From NCBI RefSeq assembly GCF_000002075.1, contig NW_004797350.1, positions 1,032,505 to 1,096,504 on the forward strand: a stretch of 64,000 nucleotides of DNA. Reading direction: 5' to 3'. The notes beneath the pieces were generated by a model that was not told the DNA's origin, ran no database searches, and saw only the letters and a list, made by a program, of their open reading frames with translations. The stretch is from Aplysia californica. Lineage: Eukaryota. The translations under genes and the position numbers were made by a program. Below are positions 37,265-48,886 of the stretch, in pieces. How positions within the stretch are numbered: the stretch's first letter is position 1; each line of letters begins with the position of its first letter.

Positions 37265-37503
37265 AAAAAATGGTATGGGACCAACGCCCCTATCAACACT
37301 ATTAGGTTATATAAGGGGCGGGACCTCCTAGTTTAACGTCCATCTCCGATAGGACCGAGCCAGATACAACGTCGGACCGAGCTGAGGCTCGAACACAGAA
37401 TTCTACACTTAAGTGTTAGAATTCTGTGGGCTCGAACCCCCGAATCCGCAATCTCACGATTAGGAGTCCGGTAGCCTAACCATTAGGCTACCGACGCCAC
37501 CGA
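37265..37503 (-). mobile_element. tRNA-derived SINE (third family) carrying a palindromic footprint at its B box
   Basis: TSD ttgacggtgt at 37255-37264 and 37504-37513; A box ggtagcctaatggtta; B box ggttcgagcc. Confidence 0.8.
37394..37428. mobile_element. CACAGAATTCT palindromic footprint, 35 bp
   Basis: Perfect 8-bp duplication ggctcgaa. Confidence 0.85.
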
Positions 37504-37670
37504 TTGACGGTGTGAAAAAAAGAAGGTGAATGAAAGTAGAAAGAAGAAAATCTCACGTGTGAACAGCCGACTCCAACTTCATTCCTTTTGTCTCTTTTCA
37601 GTGGCTTACAGAAAGTTACGTCCGTGCCATCCGCACCGCAGCGTCGCACAGCATAATATTAATTGCACAC

Positions 37671-37703
37671 CACAGAATTCTACACTTGTTTTAGAATTCT
37701 GTG
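37671..37703. mobile_element. CACAGAATTCT palindromic footprint, 33 bp
   Basis: Perfect 8-bp duplication ttgcacac. Confidence 0.85.
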
Positions 37704-37742
37704 TTGCACACTAGGCACGCGTGGCGAGCGGTGCGATCAGCA

Positions 37743-37774
37743 CACAGAATTCTACACTTGTGTAGAATTCTGCG
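37743..37774. mobile_element. CACAGAATTCT palindromic footprint, 32 bp
   Basis: Flanks gatcagca / ggtcagca (7 of 8 match). Confidence 0.85.
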
Positions 37775-38119
37775 GGTCAGCATCACTCCCCAACCCCCCT
37801 TCCCTGACCCCACCCTCCCCTTTCCTACAGCCTTTCGTGGTGAGACAGGGACCACGTTTTGACTGTAACAATGATAAAGAAACACCTACTCGCGGTTAGA
37901 AAAGGCTGTAATTAAAGCCATGTCTTTAGTTGAGGATGCAAAGTGGATTTGTTCAAGGTTCGAATGTTGCCGCCCGTTGTTCGGGAACAAAGAAAACAGG
38001 GACTGAAACGGGATCGAGCGTTATATTCGAGATTATACCCGAGATTTGTGATTAACGTGTTTAAATTTCGTGGACTTTACTGCACGTGCTACCTTTATTT
38101 AATTGTCATTACAGTTCCT

Positions 38120-38283
38120 CCAGGGTTAGGCCCAGAACAACATACATAGGGAACCTGAACAAATGGGTAACAGGGAAAGATCAGGGAAACGTAGCTTTTT
38201 TGAGAGCATCCGAGCAAAGGAATGAATGGAAAACCATGATCGCCGATGTCTGTTGCAGATCTGACACTGGATGATGAAGATGA
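38120..38283 (+). mobile_element. RTE-type LINE 3' terminal fragment
   Basis: RPRTTYIGNLNKW...RNEWKTMIADVC followed by a (TGA)n-like tail. Confidence 0.7.
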
Positions 38284-38812
38284 CAGTTCCTCGTTTTAAT
38301 TGTGTGAAACATTAAAGTTGGAAAGAACCCCCCCCCCCCAAAAAAAAAGCAAAAAAAACCCAAAAAAACCGCTAATCAATTTCAAAGTGGTATCTCCAAG
38401 CAGTGTAGATGAAGTCAGCATCGACAAACCATGTCACAGTTACAGATCCCCTTACAGTTACATGTATTTGGTTTACTCTCAGAACGTCCGCCCGCTTATC
38501 GGTGAATTCTGTCTCGTAAATCCTGAAGGCTTACTACGCTTTAGGTGCGGAGTACGGTAGGCTTTGTCTTTCGAATACCTCCACAAGAAAAAGTCACAAT
38601 GGGGAATATAAGAAGGTGAGGTGAACTGGTGGATTGCTCAGCGAGGATAGCATCCAGAGCACCACAAGCCCGCTGTATAATTCACTGTTAAGTCAGTCGT
38701 GGTGTAGCAGGCACATTTCTGGTTTGATCTACGAAGAGAGAAGAGTTGTGCTCTTGGTTGTGCTTCAGGTCTTCCTCGAAAATATTTTTACCAATTAGCA
38801 CTTACTTTCTTG

Positions 38813-39274
38813 TTGTTGTTTTTTTGGTAAAATGTTTTACGGCGCTCGCAACTTCATAGGTCATATGAGCGCGCGGGACACACCTAATATTTGCGGGTGG
38901 CGGCCGAAGCCTACTCTCATCGATTTTAGACCACCAAGGGATCTTTAACGTGCGCAACTTGCACATTAGTCCTCCCAGATTTTTCGCCATTGTCCGAGAA
39001 GGCTAGGTGTAGATCAGCAGTAAGTAGGAGCCAAGGAGTAGCAGTAGAAAGGCTGCAGAAAGAGTCAGGAGCCCAGAGGAGGGGGCAAAGGAGGTGAGGG
39101 GGTGGGGGCAGAAAGTGGAATTGAAAGCACACAACAGAACATTGCTAGAGAGCAGGAAAGGAGGTGAAAGGAGACAATTTTAGAGAAGAAAATTTTTCGG
39201 TCCCTACCCGGATTCGAACCCGGGACCTTTGAATGAGAGGCCAACACCTTAACCTCTAGGCCACGAGAGCCCCC
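38813..39274 (-). mobile_element. Full-length tRNA-derived Deu/Nin-like SINE
   Basis: TSD actttcttg at 38804-38812 and 39275-39283. Head, central domain and stem-loop tail are intact. Confidence 0.9.
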
Positions 39275-39519
39275 ACTTTCTTGGTTGGAGAACAGGTATA
39301 ATCGTTGCAGGTAGCACGTACAATGCCATCATTATATATAATTATAACTGCTCCTCCCTCCTCTTCAAGATCCGTGAAAGTGCTACTGACTTAATGAAGT
39401 GTCTAGTTGGGCAATTCCCAAAGGTGGGATATTAACATATTAATATGTTCTTATTCACAGTAAAATTGTTAATGGGCTGATTTGTCAATGTCATGCTCAT
39501 ACTGTGTCGGAACAACATA

Positions 39520-39776
39520 GGAGGAACTGCTGCCTTTTCTTTCCTCATCCTTACTATCATCATTTTCCTTCTACTCCTTTTGTCACTCACTTGTGAACTG
39601 GTATTTCCGGGGTGCCTTGACAGTCGAAGCAGACGTTGTGCTGTTGAGGCTAGAACTAGAAGGGCGAGCAGAGTAAACCATATTCCCCGTTTAGACTTCT
39701 CCGTTGACATCCACCCCTTGGCGCTCATATGACCTAATGCAGTTGCGAGCGCAGTAAAACTTTACTAAAACTAAAC
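39520..39776 (+). mobile_element. LINE-like 3' UTR fragment with the shared GGCGCTC..GAGCGC stem-loop tail
   Basis: Matches the reverse complement of 25797-25995 plus 24530-24590. Confidence 0.75.
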
Positions 39777-41460
39777 ATCTGGAATGCTATGTCACTTAAA
39801 CCGAGCACGCAAAACAAAAGGCAGACAGCTTCTACAGTCTTCGGTCACATCTATGGGTGTCGTCTATGCTCTCAAACGTCAGGACGACTCGTGGGGATGG
39901 AGCAACCCCCGAACTCAACTGGACCTATTAAGGGCCACCATCCATGAGGGCCACTAAGCCAAATCCCGATGGCACTGTCAAAACACTTCATGTGGAGAGA
40001 GTTTCTCCCAATAATAAGCTTTCGATCGTCCAGTCTCTCACTAATTAAACCAGATTTAGCCGCTTTGAAATGTATGTTATTGTTGNNNNNNNNNNNNNNN
40101 NNNNNNNNNNNNNNNNNNNNNNNNNNNNNNNNNNNNNNNNNNNNNNNNNNNNNNNNNNNNNNNNNNNNNNNNNNNNNNNNNNNNNNNNNNNNNNNNNNNN
40201 NNNNNNNNNNNNNNNNNNNNNNNNNNNNNNNNNNNNNNNNNNNNNNNNNTATTAAATTTTCTTTAGTTAGCTTATATAAAAGGCCTTGTACTTTGAGCTA
40301 TAATAGATCTTGTGAGGGTTCGAAGCGCAATTTGAATAGTGGGCCCTACGGTAATTATTAATTTTTGTTTTACAACCAGGCCTTTTCCGAGCGAAAAGAA
40401 TACAGACTAAAACTGTACCCATTCAACAGGATTCGTCCGAAACGAAGTCTTGCACAAAATCTGGGGACTAAATGGAAGCAAAACAAAGATCGAAAATGTG
40501 AGTTTTTCATGTTTTCCCACAGGTCAATATCTCGTGCACCGAATATTAGGGTTGAATTATGTATGTTCTAATATGAATATTATTGTATTGTTCTCCTGAA
40601 TATTTATTTTTCCTGTTTAGATACCGGAGTGCTGAATTTGGGTTTGGGGAGTATAGCCTATAGAGATCTTGACCGCGGTATCCATCACCACAGAACTCCG
40701 TTATCATGAACATGTCCGTTCATGATAACTTACTTTCACTTCAATTACGAGATCTCTTGATCCACCTCAAGCGACAGGGATTAATAATCTTGAGGCAGAG
40801 CTGGAAGTGTTAATATGGGTAGGCACAAACAATGACTCTGTACTGCAGTGATCGCAGGGGTTTAGATTCTAGAGCTAATATCTAATCTAAACATTTCCAC
40901 TGAACTCTGAACTGTGTAAACAAGCCAAACTGGTTGGGAAGTCTGAAATTCCTAAATTCAGTTTCAGGTGCTATAATGTTACTTTCACTCCCATCTTGCC
41001 CAGATATTCTAATCTATAGATATCTAGATCTAGACTTCTAGTTCTATTCTAGATATATTAGATCTAGATCTAGATGTAGATCTAGCTGTTTGTTGTGTTC
41101 ACTATTTTCCACTTCATATGAAATGAATTTCGACTTTGTATATTTGTATCCCTCACAAAATATCAGTTTTTGAAATGATAGTTGAAACTGTTCAAGAAGG
41201 CCACTCATTGTTGAGGACCAGAGAAATGGCCGTATTAGACAGGTGGCAGTCTCACAATACAAAGAGAGGCATAGACTCTAGGCTCTAGGGCAAATTTTAA
41301 CTTTCACTCCCGCACACAGATGCACTGCTTCAGGGGTCAATCTGCAGTACTGTTTGCTGCAGATCACACATAAATCCTCTAAAACTGTCACAAATCAATT
41401 ATTTTCAAGAAAATTCCAAATCTAACTGTAAAATATTAGATTAGCCTATGGTTTAAAACA

Positions 41461-43430
41461 ACATGCGATTAAACGTAGAAAGACGCAAACTATTTTTAGG
41501 TACGGCGCCCATCTTGTTTGACGTCAGACCAGGATTTCCCTCCGATCACGTGACTACATCTAAGTATAGCCAACCGCATGGCACCAAAGATGGAAGTGTA
41601 CAAAAATTGCCGTAAAGACGCTGGAGGATTAGATCTAGATCTACCCCCCCCCCCCCCCCCCCCAATCTCCTGCATTCTTCATTCTTCATCACTAATATCA
41701 CTAATATACATGAAAAAAACAAACAAACTTCAAAGCAGCTCTACAAATTATAACTTATATGGGACTGTCGGTCAGTCGGGAGGAGGAAAAGAAAAAAATC
41801 ACACCCTTTCCCGCATATTTCAGATAATAAAAATAAAATATAGATCTATAATTATATTATAGGCCTACCAAAGATTGTTCGTATACAATATGGTTCAATC
41901 GGTCCAAAAAATGTCCGTATTTATATAAAGAAATGCTACAGTTCCAAACAGTTTTTCGCTACAGATATGACGTGTGGCCTATGAAGGGTGCTGCTCTTAA
42001 ACTTAATGTGTTGCGTTCACTCGTGAGCTGTCTAGATCTAGATCTATGGAGGGTTATTGATAACGACACATAGAGCTAGCATCTGCGTTTGTCGAGGCCG
42101 CGACCAATCAATCGTGGCTCGATTTTTTGGTCCCCGAAAAAGTCAAAAAAAAAAAAAGAAAATGAACCTCTTTACTTTTGAAAGAAAGTTCACTTAGCTT
42201 CACTTCGTCTCTTTCTCACTTGTTGTCACCACGTTGATTTGTTGAATACGTTACAGTTACATACGATTTGTATTGCTGTTCCTCTATTATTTTTCGTTTA
42301 TTTTTCCCTCTTTGTGGTGTTATATTTTGTTGGTGTGTATTTTTTTTTTCTTGATGTGTTGTTTTTCTATTAATTTTTTTTGTTGGGGAAAATGGGGGGG
42401 GGGGGGGTTGTATAGTGTAACGTCATTTAATTTGATGTTTCTACAAAAGGTATTGTGTAACGTCATTTAATTTGATGTTCCTACCTTCATTAGATTCTAA
42501 ATATATATACCTGTATAGATTTAAATGTGCTATGTTAGAGCGTTCCACCAAAACCAATTACATGTACTGACACTGGCAGATCCCCTGTGTGTGATTCCAT
42601 AATTTCCATGCAATATCCTGTACTTTTTTTTACAAATTACGCACATTTAGGGTTAAAACGGTCATTCTTCTTCGGACAGGTGGACACACGCCCTTATTTG
42701 TTAATTGTTGTGGTTGTTTCTGGGCTGTTCTAGTTTTGATTTCATTCTGTTGTGAAACCTTTCTTTTTCACGTTTTTACACTCATCTAAAAATCTCTAGA
42801 CTAGATCTAGCTCTTGAAAATTGAAATAGATCTAAACCCAAAAATTTGCTCTGGTTTTTTTTTTTAATGGACGATAACCGTCCACTCAATAGAAAAGAGG
42901 GTCAGATTTCTCCGTCTCTCGGGTGCCTCAGGCAGTACCCGCCTCGCTAAACCAGTGGGCACACGGCCGGAGGAGAAGCTGAGAACAGATACCACCATTG
43001 ATTTGCTCCTTCCCAGACCTCGCAGAATGACGGAATGAAAGTTGGCGCCGAACTCTCGCAAATAGGCAAACAATCACGACCAGAGCGGAAGCCGGAAACC
43101 GTTCGGAGAAATAAAGATCGGCACTATTTCTCCGAACGTTCGGAGAAATAGTCACTTCGAAAAAAATAGTCTGGGACCAGAATCAAACCGCTCCTAAAAT
43201 CACTGCATGATGACTTCAAACGCAACGCGCTGTCTATTCGGCCATCAGAACTTCCGAAAGCTTAGTGTAGATTAAGCGTTATATACATAGACACTTCCAT
43301 CTTTGGTGCCATGCGGTTGGCTATACTTAGATGTAGTCACGTGATTGGAGGGGTATCCTGGTCTGACGTCAAACAAGATGGGCGCGGTACCTAAAAATAG
43401 GTTGCGTCTTTCTACGTTTAATCGCATGTG
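41461..43430. mobile_element. Putative ~2-kb non-autonomous element bounded by ~140-bp inverted repeats (MULE-like)
   Basis: 41461-41600 and 43290-43430 are inverted copies. Possible degenerate 9-bp TSD gtttaaaac / tgttaaaac. Confidence 0.55.
43090..43160 (+). repeat. Hairpin-ended repeat, also at 30780-30845 and 31277-31332; Helitron/Helentron-like end
   Basis: Perfect palindrome ctatttctccgaacgttcggagaaatag followed by tcacttcg. Confidence 0.55.
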
Positions 43431-43669
43431 TGTTAAAACAGGGGTGTAACCCTCCAGATTTTCTTTTCAGAGGGGCAGGCCCCCCTGAAACCCCTCGATT
43501 GATCCAAAGCACAATCTATTTCGATTTAAGAACAATCAGATATATTTAAAAAACTTAATTTGTGACGGAAATGAAGTCGATTTTCGTGTTCAGCGCAGCG
43601 ATATTTAATTAACAATGGACGACTGGTAGCTAAATGTGAGACTGGAGGGAAAGTAAAAAAATCGGATAC

Positions 43670-44625
43670 TTTATTATTCTCACCCGGGGTGAGGATAAAC
43701 TGGATATTCGCACCCGGTTTTTTCGTTTCCACCCTTTTTATTTCCCCCCTTTTTCGTTTCGGGCATTATAGACCCTTGCTGAAGCTGTCACTGAGCGCTC
43801 TAGGCGACAAAACTCGCCTCCCTCTCTCTCTCCGCTGAGCGCGTGAGGTGACTAAAATCGCCTAGGGCGGGCCAGCTCTCGAGTGCGGGAAGACGACTAA
43901 CTATTGTCGATATGGGGGAAAACCTATCTTTTGAGCAAATAGCGTCACCTTTTGTTGCTATTTATTGGTTCTGTAATGGAAAATTTTACACTTGATGGTT
44001 TAACCAATCAAAATTAAGAAAAAAAATAAGCCCAGGGTCAAGGCACTGCGTGTCCTAAAAATAATCGTGGGTTCTGTATGTTTTTTGTGTTGTTCATGTG
44101 TAAAAACAAATGCCAATTTTATATCTCTAAATTTTCAATGACAAACTTAGTAACACATTATTTCATTAAACAGCTCTCAGTTAAGGCTATTATTTTTAAA
44201 AACATACTACTCAGGCGAGTGAATTCCTTTCTAAATTCAGAATAGATCTAGATTTAGATACTTGTCTAGAGGGTTTTGGTGAAGATATACGTGCATACTC
44301 TCAAGATTTAAAAAAATGAAACAGTAACAATCCCCGCGGGAGCCTAGAAAAATCAGCCAGCTCTCTGGGGCAGGTCACTTACAAACGGTCACTCTTACAA
44401 TTCACAAATTATTTTCTATCATCCTATATTATAGCCTACACGGATGCCTACCAGTTCTCAATACCCAGGCAGGCCTAAGAATAAAAATCCATTACATCTT
44501 ACAGCGTTAGAATAACAATATATATATATATAATATTTTTCTCACCCCGGGTGAGAATAAAATGGATATTATTCACTGGGTGAGAAAAATATTATATTTT
44601 CACCCCAGGTGAGAATAACGACAGC
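43670..44625. repeat. TTCTCACCC-GGGTGAGAA palindrome family, also at ~33795 and 35005-35062
   Basis: Palindromic clusters at both ends of the interval. Confidence 0.5.
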
Positions 44626-46597
44626 CAAAAAAATACAAATTTCTACCTGCGGTCAAAATTTATGGTGGTTTAGCCCCTAAAAGCAGTGCATTTGCACGAG
44701 GGAATAAAAGTAAAAATTGACTGATTTTATAGCCTTTATGGGGTGACAGATTTATTAATCACGCAAAATAAATTTCACAATTGGGCTTAGTGTAATAAAA
44801 AAAAAAATCCGTAATATAATGTCTAGTTACTACTAATAATTTGCGACAGACAAATGAAAAATTCATGGAAAATGAGCAAGAGAAGTGCAAGATCATACTT
44901 ACTTAAATGACGATCTGAACGTAAGATGGGAGTATTTTAAAAGTAAAATAAATTTAGTCCTCATAGTTAAGTTTTGTATTGGAATCTGTGAAAAGGTAAA
45001 TTTTTTTTTTGTCTTTTAAGAGGAATGAGATAAAACAGAAACAAGGCATTGAAATGAAAGAATAATATATGCCTTGATTGTCTTGACTTCTCAGACTATT
45101 GTACTGTTGATATTCATTCTTGACTATTTAACTTAACTTAAGTTTAATTACTAAACCACATTATAAATATTATTTTTTAATGTACTAAAGCGTCTTACTT
45201 TGTATTAAAAGTGGATGATTGTTCAAAACAAAGCTATTCTAGGTGAAACTGATCTGAGAAATATCGTCTTTAATTTGTTGTTAGGCCTGTGCTATTGGAA
45301 ACGCCGCATTCTGAATAGCTCGGGTCCCGTGCTGATCAAAACGAAGTGTTCTGATTAGCCTTCTTGTGTGCTATTTGAAGCGCCAGTGCTAGTAGCCATC
45401 GTTTCTTATAAACCTACTTTTTATCGCTCCACTGCCTGAATTGTGGAAGCTTTCTGTTTCTGGAATAAACCTTTTAGGTTTTGACTCCATTTTTATGATG
45501 TCTTTTATACTGATCAATATTGGGTAGATATAGAGGTCTAGATTTAACAGTTATTTCTGACTTTGTGTGCCTAGAAGTAGTCTTGTTCATCTCTCATTAT
45601 ATTAAAATGATTTGAGTTTGAGCAAGCAAGTAAGTCCACGTTTGGAGTGTATAACAATAACAAGATGGTGCAACTCGGTTGTCAGCAGGCCCTTTTCCTG
45701 TCTGCATACCTAAAAATATCTCTGCGTACACTTTACTGTCATAAACGTATTAATTCCTTACCTATCACTTTGGGAGAACCTACGATTAGCTTGTTAAATG
45801 TAAAATTATATTGTCCTTAGCTATTGCTTACTTCACTCGACTCAGTTGTGAAAAAAGTACATGGCTATAGGCAGTGAAAGTGAAAGATCTTGTCAGAATT
45901 GTAATGACTAATGTATTGTATGCTCCTCAAGGAGTTTAGAAGTTTCATGGGAAATATTAGCCTGCCAGGGGGATAAACAATGTACAGTCTGTGAGCCTGC
46001 AATGTGCGAGAAACAGCCTCTGTACTTAATCTTGAAGAAGAAGAAGAAATGATATATTGGCTTGTTTGCATTTTTGTATGTTTCTGATTTTTGAAAACAT
46101 GGGGTGCACGGGTGCCATCTTCAAAATGAGGCAGATGTGAGAAAGCAATTAGATTTATGTGACCAATAAACAAACATTGTGATCTGGGTTTTGGCATTTT
46201 AGTTAATGGGGATATTCAACATGCAACGTTTTATTTAGCATGGGGCTAATCACAATGCAGCGTTTCAAATAGGCTCTTCGTTGTTGTTAATTGTTGAAAT
46301 GGTAAAGCATCCAATTACAACATAGACATAGACCTACTTTATGATGGTAGTGTTGATAAGTACCGGTACTTAACAGAAGTACACTCCCCCTTTTCACTGG
46401 ATTCTGTCATTGTCATTATCTTTAAACCTCCTTTGACTTAACTTCTCTGCCAGGGCTATCTCAAGTTTTCCTTACATAGCATATCTTGAAAATGATAGAC
46501 CCTAAGGTTAATGCTGACCCTTATATTTTTGCTCGTTATGCTTTCTTGTTTTAATGCCTTTAAATCTTTTCTTGTCTTGTGTTTTCATTTCAGGTAA

Positions 46598-47328
46598 GGC
46601 CATCTGCTGGTGAAATTTCTAAAATCCATATCCCTTGACTATATACAGCAACGATGATATAATATTATATTCATATTACTCAGACATCAAAGAATAAATT
46701 CAAGTAAATATTTATTATTATAAGCACTTTGTAACCATGGAAATCAAGCAAACATCTGCCATATTGGATAATTTCATCAAATTTCGAAAGCTATCTTCTC
46801 TCTTAGTTTTCGTCCGTTGGCTTTCATTTTTAGCAAGAACATACTGCTTCACATTATGTAATGAACAAATAATGCCAGATTTCTAATATTATGATTAGGA
46901 AAATAATTATGGACTCTGGAAATTTGTACCTGGATAAATAGAAAAAAAATCTCAAAATTCCCAACAAAAGCACTGATTGTAATTTTCTTCTTTCATTATC
47001 TTCAAAAAAGGGCTCTCTTTCAGTACATGTCACCTATGGATGTACATTGTGTAAAATATAAAAGCTATTAAAAAATAAAGGAGAAAATGTAATTTAAAGT
47101 CAGAAAAATAACTATTTGAAAAAAAATAAAGAAAATATTTAAAAACATGACCCAAAATAAGGAAATTAAAAAAAAAACAAAAAACATTTTGAAATGACTT
47201 CTAAACATAATTGATTGAAACTGGCGCTCAAAACTTTAAAGGAATTGGATGCAGGTTTAAAAAATGGAGGGGAAAAAATGCATGGTCATACTGGGGAAAA
47301 ATGGGGAAAATCTCACCCGCAGATGGCC
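46598..47328. mobile_element. MITE with TTAA-type target (Kolobok-like)
   Basis: gtaa|ggccatctgctggtgaaattt ... aaatctcacccgcagatggcc|ttaa. Confidence 0.7.
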
Positions 47329-48532
47329 TTAATACATCAAACAGATTTTTAGATTAAACTTGCCTTTCTTTCCAGAGGCTTTGTAAATACTTATCTATCA
47401 AGGATGGTACATGTATTAAATTAAAAATATTTCATGAAATTTTAAAAATTGAGAAGATTATTTGAATTTGTCTTGTTGGTATTAGTACTACAAGAAATTT
47501 GATTTATTATATCACTGCTCTTGTGATAAATTGCCCAAACATCATTTTATTTTTAATTAACAAATCAACAGCATATTATTCATTTCATTTACTCAGTCAA
47601 AGACAGGTTTGATAGCTTCTAAAATGTTATTAATAAAAGTCAAACAGTCAACTGGCGGCCAGGTTGCTATGTGATGAAACCAAATGAGTTTTTTGCTTCT
47701 CCTATAACTCCGCTTGGGTTAGTTGGTCTTATCACTAGGGAAACAAATAATAAATCATATTCAGTTTGACAAATGTACGGTTGGCTTTTTGATCGTACAG
47801 ATATTAATTATTATATATTAATTATAAATGTTTAACCCAGCACAAGTTAATTGGCCAAATAAAGAGGTTGTTACAGTTTATCCATCAAAGAACTGAATAT
47901 TTTCACCAGTGAAATTTTTTTGACTTAGGCTTGTCTGTATGTGAAAAAAGCCAACCTTACAGTGGACTATAATTTTGTATTAGATGGTTTCTATCTTCAC
48001 AAAGTTAATTGTAGACTCCATTTTTCTGAATATCAGGGGAAGGCGTAAGTCATTTTGATGTCTCGCAGCAAGAGTAAGCTGAAGAGGCAACCGGTATGTT
48101 CTACAACTTTGACAAACACTACTACTGATGCACAGCATCTTAAAGGTAATTATTGTATGCAAACATATTCAAACATAGCTTTAGAATTAGGCATACTGAT
48201 ATGATTGTATTCTTTCTAAGGTTAAATCCTTAGAACAGTAATTTTTGGGGATGTTTCTCCTTTGTTTTTGTCTATGAATGACCAGTATTGTCTATGCCTT
48301 TTCATTAAGTAGTAATTTAAGGTAAAGTATAACCCTATATAGGAGGAAGCGTAAATTTTTTAAATTGCTTCAAACTTGTATGTTCAAAATGATGTTCTTG
48401 ATGGTATTTTAGTTCAGACTGTAATTTATTTTTGCTGACCGTCATTTCTTTGTTCTTGCAATACATTAGTGACTCTGTTTGACCCGGCTTCACATGATGA
48501 GCACAAAAATATTTGAGTAACTCGTGTTCTTG

Positions 48533-48680
48533 GGGGCTCTAGTGGTTTAGAGGTTCGCCTCTCAATAGATCCCAGGTTCCAAATCTGACATCGAGGAGAA
48601 ATTTTCCTCTAAACATTTTCTCTTTTCTCTTCGTTTCCTGTTCTCTAGTCATGTTCTGTCATCTGCCTTCATCTCCCCCC
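48533..48680 (+). mobile_element. Degraded 5' part of the tRNA-derived Deu/Nin-like SINE
   Basis: Similar to 9724-9890. Confidence 0.65.
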
Positions 48681-48886
48681 CCCCCCCCCCCCCCCCCCCA
48701 CGAGATCTTGCAGAGGAATGCAAAAAAGAACAAAGACTCATATTCTTCTTGTCACAATGATGATATGAAATGAATAGATAAATATAATGATGAAACAAGT
48801 TTGTGAAGAAACTTTAAGAGCACATGACTGATGGTCCTAAAAATTGTTCTGATGTGTTTAAAAAAAAAATATCTTTCTCGTTAAAG

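Larger units (their letters stand above)
38635..39940 (+). pseudogene. H4: Histone H4 pseudogene split by retroposon insertions (5' part ~38635-38785, 3' part ~39778-39895, stem-loop 39921-39936)
   Basis: DSIQ.TT.KPA; ISGLIYEERRVVL; QVFLENI // VT*TEHAKQK; VTSMGVVYALKRQ; degenerate histone stem-loop ggacctattaagggcc-acca. Confidence 0.85.
30250..42835. repeat. Scattered (TAGATC)n / TAGATCTA arrays, densest at 30250-30770, 31560-31590, 32015-32045, 34540-34775 and 41015-41085
   Basis: Seen directly; the longest tract is at 34663-34772. Confidence 0.9.

Noticed and set aside
37394-37774. CRISPR-like array of ~33-bp palindromic repeats
   Set aside because: Spacing is irregular, each repeat has its own 8-bp duplication, there are no cas genes, and the context is eukaryotic.
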